Positions 1-11,800 of a DNA stretch of 64,000 nt are shown piece by piece. The position numbers and the translations under genes are program-made. Source of the stretch: Auanema rhodensis (taxonomy: Eukaryota; Animalia; Nematoda). Under the pieces are notes generated by a model. The model ran no database searches. It saw only the letters and a program-made list of their open reading frames with translations, and was not told where the DNA came from. Positions within the stretch are counted from its first letter, which is position 1. Each line of letters starts with the position of its first letter. The stretch covers positions 20,770,001 to 20,834,000 of the forward strand of contig OZ059894.1 in the NCBI GenBank assembly GCA_964057225.1, in the 5' to 3' direction.

Positions 1-114
1 CTGATAACACAGATCGACGCAGCTTAAAAATCCGCATCGAATGCACTATACTACATTGAGAAACGCTTAATACAAAAATTAGTTATGATCGTTTGAAAAA
101 TGATGCATTAGTGT

Positions 115-142
115 ATGTTGAGTTTCCATGTACACTCAACAT
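115..142. other. 9-bp inverted repeat with 10-nt spacer, present in most monomers (first instance given)
   Basis: ATGTTGAGT (115-123) is the reverse complement of ACTCAACAT (134-142). Confidence 0.95.
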
Positions 143-292
143 TGCTTCCAAAAACATTTTGACAAAAATTTTTTCGAAAAATTTCGAAATAATTTAGCAA
201 AAAGTAGATGTTTTTAGATTCCATTTTTCAAGGCAAAGACGATGGACAATGTTATTCAACGAAAAAATTAATTCTTCAGGGTGAAAATCGAG

Positions 293-314
293 GATATAAG
301 TGTGAACTTATATC
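293..314. other. 9-bp inverted repeat with 4-nt spacer, present in most monomers (first instance given)
   Basis: GATATAAGT (293-301), GTGA, ACTTATATC (306-314). Confidence 0.95.
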
Positions 315-702
315 AGTTGATATCTCGGTGCATTTTTAAGCTAGCGCAAATCTGATAACACAGATCGACGCAGCTTCAAAATCCGCATCGAATGCACTAT
401 ACTACATTGAGAAACGCTTAATACAAAAATTAGTTATGATCGTTTGAAAAATGATGCATTAGTGTATGTTGAGTTTCCATGTACACTCAACATTGCTTCC
501 AAAAACATTTTGACAAAAATTTTTTCGAGAAATTTCAAAATAATTCAGCAAAAAGTAGATGTTTTTAGATTCCTTTTTTCAAGGCAAAGACGATGGACAA
601 TGTTATTCAACGAAAAAATTAATTCTTCAGGGTGAAAATCGAGGATATAAGTGTGAACTTATATCAGTTGATATCTCGGTGAATTTTTAAGCTAGCGCGA
701 AT

Positions 703-2106
703 CTGATAACACAGATCGACGCAGCTTAAAAATCCGCATCGAATGCACTATACTACATTGAGAAACGCTTAATACAAAAATTAGTTATGATCGTTTGAAA
801 AATGATGCATTAGTGTATGTTGAGTTTCCATGTACACTCAACATTGCTTCCAAAAACATTTTGACAAAAATTTTTTCGAAAAATTTCAGAATAATTTAGC
901 AAAAAGTAGATGTTTTTAGATTCCATTTTTCAAGGCAAAGACGATGGACAATGTTATTCAACGAAAAAATTAATTCTTCAGGGTGAAAATCGAGGATATA
1001 AGTGTGAACTTATATCAGTTGATATCTCGGTGCATTTTTAAGCTAGCGCAAATCTGATAACACAGATCGACGCAGCTCAAAAATCCGCATCGAATGCACT
1101 ATACTACATTGAGAAACGCTTAATACAAAAATTAGTTATGATCGTTTGAAAAATGATGCATTAGTGTATGTTGAGTTTCCATGTACACTCAACATTGCTT
1201 CCAAAAACATTTTGACAAAAATTTTTTCGAAAAATTTCGAAATAATTTAGCAAAAAGTAGATGTTTTTAGATTCCATTTTTCAAGGCAAAGACGATGGAC
1301 AATGTTATTCAACGAAAAAATTAATTCTTCAGGGTGAAAATCGAGGATATAAGTGTGAACTTATATCAGTTGATATCTCTGTGCATTTTTAAGCTAGCGC
1401 AAATCTGATAACACAGATCGACGCAACTTAAAAATCCGCATCGAATGCACTATACTACATTGAGAAACGCTTAATACAAAAATTAGTTATGATCGTTTGA
1501 AAAATGATGCATTAGTGTATGTTGAGTTTCCATGTACACTCAACATTGCTTCCAAAAACATTTTGACAAAAATTTTTTCGAAAAATTTCAGAATAATTTA
1601 GCAAAAAGTAGATGTTTTTAGATTCCATTTTTCAAGGCAAAGACGATGGACAATGTTATTGAACGAAAAAATTAATTCTTCAGGGTGAAAATCGAGGATA
1701 TAAGTGTGAACTTATATCAGTTGATATCTCGGTGCATTTTTAAGCTAGCGCAAATCTGATAACACAGATCGACGCAGCTCAAAAATCCGCATCGAATGCA
1801 CTATACTACATTGAGAAACGCTTAATACAAAAATTAGTTATGATCGTTTGAAAAATGATGCATTAGTGTATGTTGAGTTTCCATGTACACTCAACATTGC
1901 TTCCAAAAACATTTTGACAAAAATTTTTTCGAAAAATTTCGAAATAATTTAGCAAAAAGTAGATGTTTTTAGATTCCATTTTTCAAGGCAAAGACGATGG
2001 ACAATGTTATTCAACGAAAAAATTAATTCTTCAGGGTGAAAATCGAGGATATAAGTGTGAACTTATATCAGTTGATATCTCTGTGCATTTTTAAGCTAGC
2101 GCAAAT
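703..2106. repeat. Dimer (702 bp) run, two copies, M3-M6
   Basis: TTTCAGA monomers alternate with GCTCAA/TTTCGAA/CTCTG monomers. Confidence 0.8.
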
Positions 2107-2788
2107 CTGATAACACAGATCGACGAGACTTAAAAATCCGCATCGAATGCACTATACTACATTGAGAAACGCTTAATACAAAAATTAGTTATGATCGTTT
2201 GAAAAATGATGCATTAGTGTATGTTGAGTTTCCATGTACACTCAACATTGCTTCCAAAAACATTTTGACAAAAATTTTTTCGAAAAATTTCAAAATAATT
2301 TAGCAAAAAGTAGATGTTTTTAGATTCCTTTTTTCAAGGCAAAGACGATGGACAATGTTATTCAACGAAAAAATTAATTCATCAGGGTGAAAATCGAGGA
2401 TATAAGTGTGAACTTATATCAGTTGATATCTCGGTGCATTTTTAAGCTAGCGCAAATCTGATAACACAGATCGACGCAGCTTCAAAATCCGCATCGAATG
2501 CACTATACTACATTGAGAAACGCTTAATACAAAAATTAGTTATGATCGTTTGAAAAATGATGCATTAGTGTATGTTGAGTTTCCATGTACACTCAACATT
2601 GCTTCCAAAAACATTTTGACAAAAATTTTTTCGAGAAATTTCAAAATAATTCAGCAAAAAGTAGATGTTTTTAGATTCCTTTTTTCAAGGCAAAGACGAT
2701 GGACAATGTTATTCAACGAAAAAATTAATTCTTCAGGGTGAAAATCGAGGATATAAGTGTGAACTTATATCAGTTGATATCTCGGTGC

Positions 2789-2839
2789 ATTTTTAAGCTA
2801 GCGCAAATCTGATAACACAGATCGACGCAGCTTAAAAAT
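2789..2839. other. 51-nt imperfect hairpin with a perfect 11-bp outer stem (example at M8/M9; intact only where the downstream monomer has GCAGCTTAAAAAT)
   Basis: ATTTTTAAGCT pairs with AGCTTAAAAAT, then GCG/CGC and ATCTG/CAGAT close the loop ATAACA. Confidence 0.9.
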
Positions 2840-5800
2840 CCGCATCGAATGCACTATACTACATTGAGAAACGCTTAATACAAAAATTAGTTATGATCGT
2901 TTGAAAAATGATGCATTAGTGTATGTTGAGTTTCCATGTACACTTAACATTGCTTCCAAAAACATTTTGACAAAAATTTTTTCGAAAAATTTCAAAATAA
3001 TTTAGCAAAAAGTAGATGTTTTTAGATTCCTTTTTTCAAGGCAAAGACGATGGACAATGTTATTCAACGAAAAAATTAATTCTTCAGGGTGAAAATCGAG
3101 GATAAAAGTGTGAACTTATATCAGTTGATATCTCGGTGCATTTTTAAGCTAGCGCAAATCTGATAACACAGATCGACGCAACTTAAAAATCCGCATCGAA
3201 TGCACTATACTACATTGAGAAACGCTTAATACAAAAATTAGTTATGATCGTTTGAAAAATGATGCATTAGTGTATGTTGAGTTTCCATGTACACTCAACA
3301 TTGCTTCCAAAAACATTTTGACAAAAATTTTTTCGAAAAATTTCAAAATAATTTAGCAAAAAGTAGATGTTTTTAGATTCCTTTTTTCAAGGCAAAGACG
3401 ATGGACAATGTTATTCAACGAAAAAATTAATTCATCAGGGTGAAAATCGAGTATATAAGTGTGAACTTATATCAGTTGATATCTCGGTGCATTTTTAAGC
3501 TAGCGCAAATCTGATAACACAGATCGACGCAGCTTCAAAATCCGCATCGAATGCACTATACTACATTGAGAAACGCTTAATACAAAAATTAGTTATGTTC
3601 GTTTGAAAAATGATGCATTAGTGTATGTTGAGTTTCCATGTACACTCAACATTGCTTCCAAAAACATTTTGACAAAAATTTTTTCGAAAAATTTCAAAAT
3701 ATTTTAGCAAAAAGTAGATGTTTTTAGATTCCTTTTCTCAAGGCAAAGACGATGGACAATGTTATTCAACGAAAAAATTAATTCTTCAGGGTGAAAATCG
3801 AGGATATAAGTGTGAACTTATATCAGTTGATATCTCGGTGCATTTTTAAGCTAGCGCAAATCTGATAACACAGATCGACGCAACTTAAAAATCCGCATCG
3901 AATGCACTATACTACATTGAGAAACGCTTAATACAAAAATTAGTTATGATCGTTTGAAAAATGATGCATTAGTGTATGTTGAGTTTCCATGTACACTCAA
4001 CATTGCTTCCAAAAACATTTTGACAAAAATTTTTTCGAAAAATTTCAGAATAATTTAGCAAAAAGTAGATGTTTTTAGATTCCATTTTTCAAGGCAAAGA
4101 CGATGGACAATGTTATTCAACGAAAAAATTAATTCTTCAGGGTGAAAATCGAGGATATAAGTGTGAACTTATATCAGTTGATATCTCGGTGCATTTTTAA
4201 GCTAGCGCAAATCTGATAACACAGATCGACGCAGCTCAAAAATCCGCATCGAATGCACTATACTACATTGAGAAACGCTTAATACAAAAATTAGTTATGA
4301 TCGTTTGAAAAATGATGCATTAGTGTATGTTGAGTTTCCATGTACACTCAACATTGCTTCCAAAAACATTTTGACAAAAATTTTTTCGAAAAATTTCGAA
4401 ATAATTTAGCAAAAAGTAGATGTTTTTAGATTCCATTTTTCAAGGCAAAGACGATGGACAATGTTATTCAACGAAAAAATTATTTCTTCAGGGTGAAAAT
4501 CGAGGATATAAGTGTGAACTTATATCAGTTGATATCTCTGTGCATTTTTAAGCTAGCGCAAATCTGATAACACAGATCGACGCAACTTAAAAATCCGCAT
4601 CGAATGCACTATACTACATTGAGAAACGCTTAATACAAAAATTAGTTATGATCGTTTGAAAAATGATGCATTAGTGTATGTTGAGTTTCCATGTACACTC
4701 AACATTGCTTCCAAAAACATTTTGACAAAAATTTTTTCGAAAAATTTCAGAATAATTTAGCAAAAAGTAGATGTTTTTAGATTCCATTTTTCAAGGCAAA
4801 GACGATGGACAATGTTATTCAACGAAAAAATTAATTCTTCAGGGTGAAAATCGAGGATATAAGTGTGAACTTATATCAGTTGATATCTCGGTGCATTTTT
4901 AAGCTAGCGCAAATCTGATAACACAGATCGACGCAGCTCAAAAATCCGCATCGAATGCACTATACTACATTGAGAAACGCTTAATACAAAAATTAGTTAT
5001 GATCGTTTGAAAAATGATGCATTAGTGTATGTTGAGTTTCCATGTACACTTAACATTGCTTCCAAAAACATTTTGACAAAAATTTTTTCGAAAAATTTCA
5101 AAATAATTTAGCAAAAAGTAGATGTTTTTAGATTCCTTTTTTCAAGGCAAAGACGATGGACAATGTTATTCAACGAAAAAATTAATTCTTCAGGGTGAAA
5201 ATCGAGGATAAAAGTGTGAACTTATATCAGTTGATATCTCGGTGCATTTTTAAGCTAGCGCAAATCTGATAACACAGATCGACGCAACTTAAAAATCCGC
5301 ATCGAATGCACTATACTACATTGAGAAACGCTTAATACAAAAATTAGTTATGATCGTTTGAAAAATGATGCATTAGTGTATGTTGAGTTTCCATGTACAC
5401 TCAACATTGCTTCCAAAAACATTTTGACAAAAATTTTTTCGAAAAATTTCAAAATAATTTAGCAAAAAGTAGATGTTTTTAGATTCCTTTTTTCAAGGCA
5501 AAGACGATGGACAATGTTATTCAACGAAAAAATTAATTCATCAGGGTGAAAATCGAGTATATAAGTGTGAACTTATATCAGTTGATATCTCGGTGCATTT
5601 TTAAGCTAGCGCAAATCTGATAACACAGATCGACGCAGCTTCAAAATCCGCATCGAATACACTATACTACATTGAGAAACGCTTAATACAAAAATTAGTT
5701 ATGTTCGTTTGAAAAATGATGCATTAGTGTATGTTGAGTTTCCATGTACACTCAACATTGCTTCCAAAAACATTTTGACAAAAATTTTTTCGAAAAATTT

Positions 5801-8800
5801 CAAAATATTTTAGCAAAAAGTAGATGTTTTTAGATTCCTTTTCTCAAGGCAAAGACGATGGACAATGTTATTCAACGAAAAAATTAATTCTTCAGGGTGA
5901 AAATCGAGGATATAAGTGTGAACTTATATCAGTTGATATCTCGGTGCATTTTTAAGCTAGCGCAAATCTGATAACACAGATCGACGCAACTTAAAAATCC
6001 GCATCGAATGCACTATACTACATTGAGAAACGCTTAATACAAAAATTAGTTATGATCGTTTGAAAAATGATGCATTAGTGTATGTTGAGTTTCCATGTAC
6101 ACTCAACATTGCTTCCAAAAACATTTTGACAAAAATTTTTTCGAAAAATTTCAGAATAATTTAGCAAAAAGTAGATGTTTTTAGATTCCATTTTTCAAGG
6201 CAAAGACGATGGACAATGTTATTCAACGAAAAAATTAATTCTTCAGGGTGAAAATCGAGGATATAAGTGTGAACTTATATCAGTTGATATCTCGGTGCAT
6301 TTTTAAGCTAGCGCAAATCTGATAACACAGATCGACGCAGCTCAAAAATCCGCATCGAATGCACTATACTACATTGAGAAACGCTTAATACAAAAATTAG
6401 TTATGATCGTTTGAAAAATGATGCATTAGTGTATGTTGAGTTTCCATGTACACTCAACATTGCTTCCAAAAACATTTTGACAAAAATTTTTTCGAAAAAT
6501 TTCGAAATAATTTAGCAAAAAGTAGATGTTTTTAGATTCCATTTTTCAAGGCAAAGACGATGGACAATGTTATTCAACGAAAAAATTAATTCTTCAGGGT
6601 GAAAATCGAGGATATAAGTGTGAACTTATATCAGTTGATATCTCGGTGCATTTTTAAGCTAGCGCAAATCTGATAACACAGATCGACGCAGCTCAAAAAT
6701 CCGCATCGAATGCACTATACTACATTGAGAAACGCTTAATACAAAAATTAGTTATGATCGTTTGAAAAATGATGCATTAGTGTATGTTGAGTTTCCATGT
6801 ACACTCAACATTGCTTCCAAAAACATTTTGACAAAAATTTTTTCGAAAAATTTCGAAATAATTTAGCAAAAAGTAGATGTTTTTAGATTCCATTTTTCAA
6901 GGCAAAGACGATGGACAATGTTATTCAACGAAAAAATTAATTCTTCAGGGTGAAAATCGAGGATATAAGTGTGAACTTATATCAGTTGATATCTCTGTGC
7001 ATTTTTAAGCTAGCGCAAATCTGATAACACAGATCGACGCAACTTAAAAATCCGCATCGAATGCACTATACTACATTGAGAAACGCTTAATACAAAAATT
7101 AGTTATGATCGTTTGAAAAATGATGCATTAGTGTATGTTGAGTTTCCATGTACACTCAACATTGCTTCCAAAAACATTTTGACAAAAATTTTTTCGAAAA
7201 ATTTCAGAATAATTTAGCAAAAAGTAGATGTTTTTAGATTCCATTTTTCAAGGCAAAGACGATGGACAATGTTATTCAACGAAAAAATTAATTCTTCAGG
7301 GTGAAAATCGAGGATATAAGTGTGAACTTATATCAGTTGATATCTCGGTGCATTTTTAAGCTAGCGCAAATCTGATAACACAGATCGACGCAGCTCAAAA
7401 CTCCGCATCGAATGCACTATACTACATTGAGAAACGCTTAATACAAAAATTAGTTATGATCGTTTGAAAAATGATGCATTAGTGTATGTTGAGTTTCCAT
7501 GTACACTCAACATTGCTTCCAAAAACATTTTGACAAAAATTTTTTCGAAAAATTTCGAAATAATTTAGCAAAAAGTAGATGTTTTTAGATTCCATTTTTC
7601 AAGGCAAAGACGATGGACAATGTTATTCAACGAAAAAATTAATTCTTCAGGGTGAAAATCGAGGATATAAGTGTGAACTTATATCAGTTGATATCTCGGT
7701 GCATTTTTAAGCTAGCGCAAATCTGATAACACAGATCGACGCAACTTAAAAATCCGCATCGAATGCACTATACTACATTGAGAAACGCTTAATACAAAAA
7801 TTAGTTATGATCGTTTGAAAAATGATGCATTAGTGTATGTTGAGTTTCCATGTACACTCAACATTGCTTCCAAAAACATTTTGACAAAAATTTTTTCGAA
7901 AAATTTCAAGATAATTTAGCAAAAAGTAGATGTTTTTAGATTCCTTTTCTCAAGGCAAAGACGATGGACAATGTTATTCAACGAAAAAATTAATTCTTCA
8001 GGGTGAAAATCGAGGATATAAGTGTGAACTTATATCAGTTGATATCTCGGTGCATTTTTAAGCTAGCGCAAATCTGATAACACAGATCGACGCAACTTAA
8101 AAATCCGCATCGAATGCACTATACTACATTGAGAAACGCTTAATACAAAAATTAGTTATGATCGTTTGAAAAATGATGCATTAGTGTATGTTGAGTTTCC
8201 ATGTACACTCAACATTGCTTCCAAAAACATTTTGACAAAAATTTTTTCGAGAAATTTCAAAATAATTTAGCAAAAAGTAGATGTTTTTAGATTCCTTTTT
8301 TCAAGGCAAAGACGATGGACAATGTTATTCAACGAAAAAATTAATTCTTCAGGGTGAAAATCGAGGATATAAGTGTGAACTTATATCAGTTGATATCTCG
8401 GTGCATTTTTAAGCTAGCGCAAATCTGATAACACAGATCGACGCAACTTAAAAATCCGCATCGAATGCACTATACTACATTGAGAAACGCTTAATACAAA
8501 AATTAGTTATGATCGTTTGAAAAATGATGGATTAGTGTATGTTGAGTTTCCATGTACACTCAACATTGCTTCCAAAAACATTTTGACAAAAATTTTTTCG
8601 AAAAATTTCAAAATAATTTAGCAAAAAGTAGATGTTTTTAGATTCCTTTTTTCAAGGCAAAGACGATGGACAATGTTATTCAACGAAAAAATTAATTCAT
8701 CAGGGTGAAAATCGAGGATATAAGTGTGAACTTATATCAGTTGATATCTCGGTGCATTTTTAAGCTAGCGCAAATCTGATAACACAGATCGACGCAGCTT

Positions 8801-11800
8801 CAAAATCCGCATCGAATACACTATACTACATTGAGAAACGCTTAATACAAAAATTAGTTATGTTCGTTTGAAAAATGATGCATTAGTGTATGTTGAGTTT
8901 CCATGTACACTCAACATTGCTTCCAAAAACATTTTGACAAAAATTTTTTCGAAAAATTTCAGAATAATTTAGCAAAAAGTAGATGTTTTTAGATTCCATT
9001 TTTCAAGGCAAAGACGATGGACAATGTTATTCAACGAAAAAATTAATTCTTCAGGGTGAAAATCGAGGATATAAGTGTGAACTTATATCAGTTGATATCT
9101 CGGTGCATTTTTAAGCTAGCGCAAATCTGATAACACAGATCGACGCAGCTCAAAAATCCGCATCGAATGCACTATACTACATTGAGAAACGCTTAATACA
9201 AAAATTAGTTATGATCGTTTGAAAAATGATGCATTAGTGTATGTTGAGTTTCCATGTACACTCAACATTGCTTCCAAAAACATTTTGACAAAAATTTTTT
9301 CGAAAAATTTCGAAATAATTTAGCAAAAAGTAGATGTTTTTAGATTCCATTTTTCAAGGCAAAGACGATGGACAATGTTATTCAACGAAAAAATTAATTC
9401 TTCAGGGTGAAAATCGAGGATATAAGTGTGAACTTATATCAGTTGATATCTCTGTGCATTTTTAAGCTAGCGCAAATCTGATAACACAGATCGACGCAAC
9501 TTAAAAATCCGCATCGAATGCACTATACTACATTGAGAAACGCTTAATACAAAAATTAGTTATGATCGTTTGAAAAATGATGCATTAGTGTATGTTGAGT
9601 TTCCATGTACACTCAACATTGCTTCCAAAAACATTTTGACAAAAATTTTTTCGAAAAATTTCAGAATAATTTAGCAAAAAGTAGATGTTTTTAGATTCCA
9701 TTTTTCAAGGCAAAGACGATGGACAATGTTATTCAACGAAAAAATTAATTCTTCAGGGTGAAAATCGAGGATATAAGTGTGAACTTATATCAGTTGATAT
9801 CTCGGTGCATTTTTAAGCTAGCGCAAATCTGATAACACAGATCGACGCAGCTTCAAAATCCGCATCGAATGCACTATACTACATTGAGAAACGCTTAATA
9901 CAAAAATTAGTTATGATCGTTTGAAAAATGATGCATTAGTGTATGTTGAGTTTCCATGTACACTCAACATTGCTTCCAAAAACATTTTGACAAAAATTTT
10001 TTCGAGAAATTTCAAAATAATTCAGCAAAAAGTAGATGTTTTTAGATTCCTTTTTTCAAGGCAAAGACGATGGACAATGTTATTCAACGAAAAAATTAAT
10101 TCTTCAGGGTGAAAATCGAGGATATAAGTGTGAACTTATATCAGTTGATATCTCGGTGCATTTTTAAGCTAGCGCAAATCTGATAACACAGATCGACGCA
10201 GCTTAAAAATCCGCATCGAATGCACTATACTACATTGAGAAACGCTTAATACAAAAATTAGTTATGATCGTTTGAAAAATGATGCATTAGTGTATGTTGA
10301 GTTTCCATGTACACTTAACATTGCTTCCAAAAACATTTTGACAAAAATTTTTTCGAAAAATTTCAAAATAATTTAGCAAAAAGTAGATGTTTTTAGATTC
10401 CTTTTTTCAAGGCAAAGACGATGGACAATGTTATTCAACGAAAAAATTAATTCTTCAGGGTGAAAATCGAGGATAAAAGTGTGAACTTATATCAGTTGAT
10501 ATCTCGGTGCATTTTTAAGCTAGCGCAAATCTGATAACACAGATCGACGCAACTTAAAAATCCGCATCGAATGCACTATACTACATTGAGAAACGCTTAA
10601 TACAAAAATTAGTTATGATCGTTTGAAAAATGATGCATTAGTGTATGTTGAGTTTCCATGTACACTCAACATTGCTTCCAAAAACATTTTGACAAAAATT
10701 TTTTCGAAAAATTTCAAAATAATTTAGCAAAAAGTAGATGTTTTTAGATTCCTTTTTTCAAGGCAAAGACGATGGACAATGTTATTCAACGAAAAAATTA
10801 ATTCATCAGGGTGAAAATCGAGTATATAAGTGTGAACTTATATCAGTTGATATCTCGGTGCATTTTTAAGCTAGCGCAAATCTGATAACACAGATCGACG
10901 CAGCTTCAAAATCCGCATCGAATGCACTATACTACATTGAGAAACGCTTAATACAAAAATTAGTTATGTTCGTTTGAAAAATGATGCATTAGTGTATGTT
11001 GAGTTTCCATGTACACTCAACATTGCTTCCAAAAACATTTTGACAAAAATTTTTTCGAAAAATTTCAAAATATTTTAGCAAAAAGTAGATGTTTTTAGAT
11101 TCCTTTTCTCAAGGCAAAGACGATGGACAATGTTATTCAACGAAAAAATTAATTCTTCAGGGTGAAAATCGAGGATATAAGTGTGAACTTATATCAGTTG
11201 ATATCTCGGTGCATTTTTAAGCTAGCGCAAATCTGATAACACAGATCGACGCAACTTAAAAATCCGCATCGAATGCACTATACTACATTGAGAAACGCTT
11301 AATACAAAAATTAGTTATGATCGTTTGAAAAATGATGCATTAGTGTATGTTGAGTTTCCATGTACACTCAACATTGCTTCCAAAAACATTTTGACAAAAA
11401 TTTTTTCGAAAAATTTCAGAATAATTTAGCAAAAAGTAGATGTTTTTAGATTCCATTTTTCAAGGCAAAGACGATGGACAATGTTATTCAACGAAAAAAT
11501 TAATTCTTCAGGGTGAAAATCGAGGATATAAGTGTGAACTTATATCAGTTGATATCTCGGTGCATTTTTAAGCTAGCGCAAATCTGATAACACAGATCGA
11601 CGCAGCTCAAAAATCCGCATCGAATGCACTATACTACATTGAGAAACGCTTAATACAAAAATTAGTTATGATCGTTTGAAAAATGATGCATTAGTGTATG
11701 TTGAGTTTCCATGTACACTCAACATTGCTTCCAAAAACATTTTGACAAAAATTTTTTCGAAAAATTTCGAAATAATTTAGCAAAAAGTAGATGTTTTTAG

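Noticed and set aside
172-188. CENP-B-box-like TTCGAAAAATTTCGA
   Set aside because: It matches the TTCG....A half of NTTCGNNNNANNCGGGN but lacks CGGG.
150-228. Helically phased A-tracts (intrinsic curvature)
   Set aside because: A/T tracts are abundant, but spacings are irregular (about 9-14 bp) rather than a clean 10.5-bp phase. A curvature calculation would be needed to support it.
273-279. Hammerhead ribozyme core CUGANGA on the minus strand (TCTTCAG; the TCATCAG variant changes only the N), and CTGATGA on the + strand at 21412 and 24922
   Set aside because: Hammerheads are known from newt, cave-cricket and schistosome satellites. Here I could not build a stem II followed by GAAA with stems I and III on either strand, and a 6-nt match is plausible by chance. 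An Infernal search with Rfam hammerhead models on a dimer would settle it.
1-351. Monomer as an ancient dimer of about 175-bp halves
   Set aside because: I saw no alignable similarity between the halves beyond A/T runs.
1-351. Assignment to a named 340-360 bp satellite family (for example Drosophila 1.688 or tenebrionid beetle satellites)
   Set aside because: Only the length and AT-richness are similar. I do not recognise the sequence and cannot run a database search.
444-635. 63-aa ORF (also at 2550, 9921, 17994, 44679)
   Set aside because: It has a TTG start and no recognisable domain. It is open only in the 5 monomers where T195C turns TAG into CAG; the other copies stop at codon 35. It is useful only as a lineage marker.
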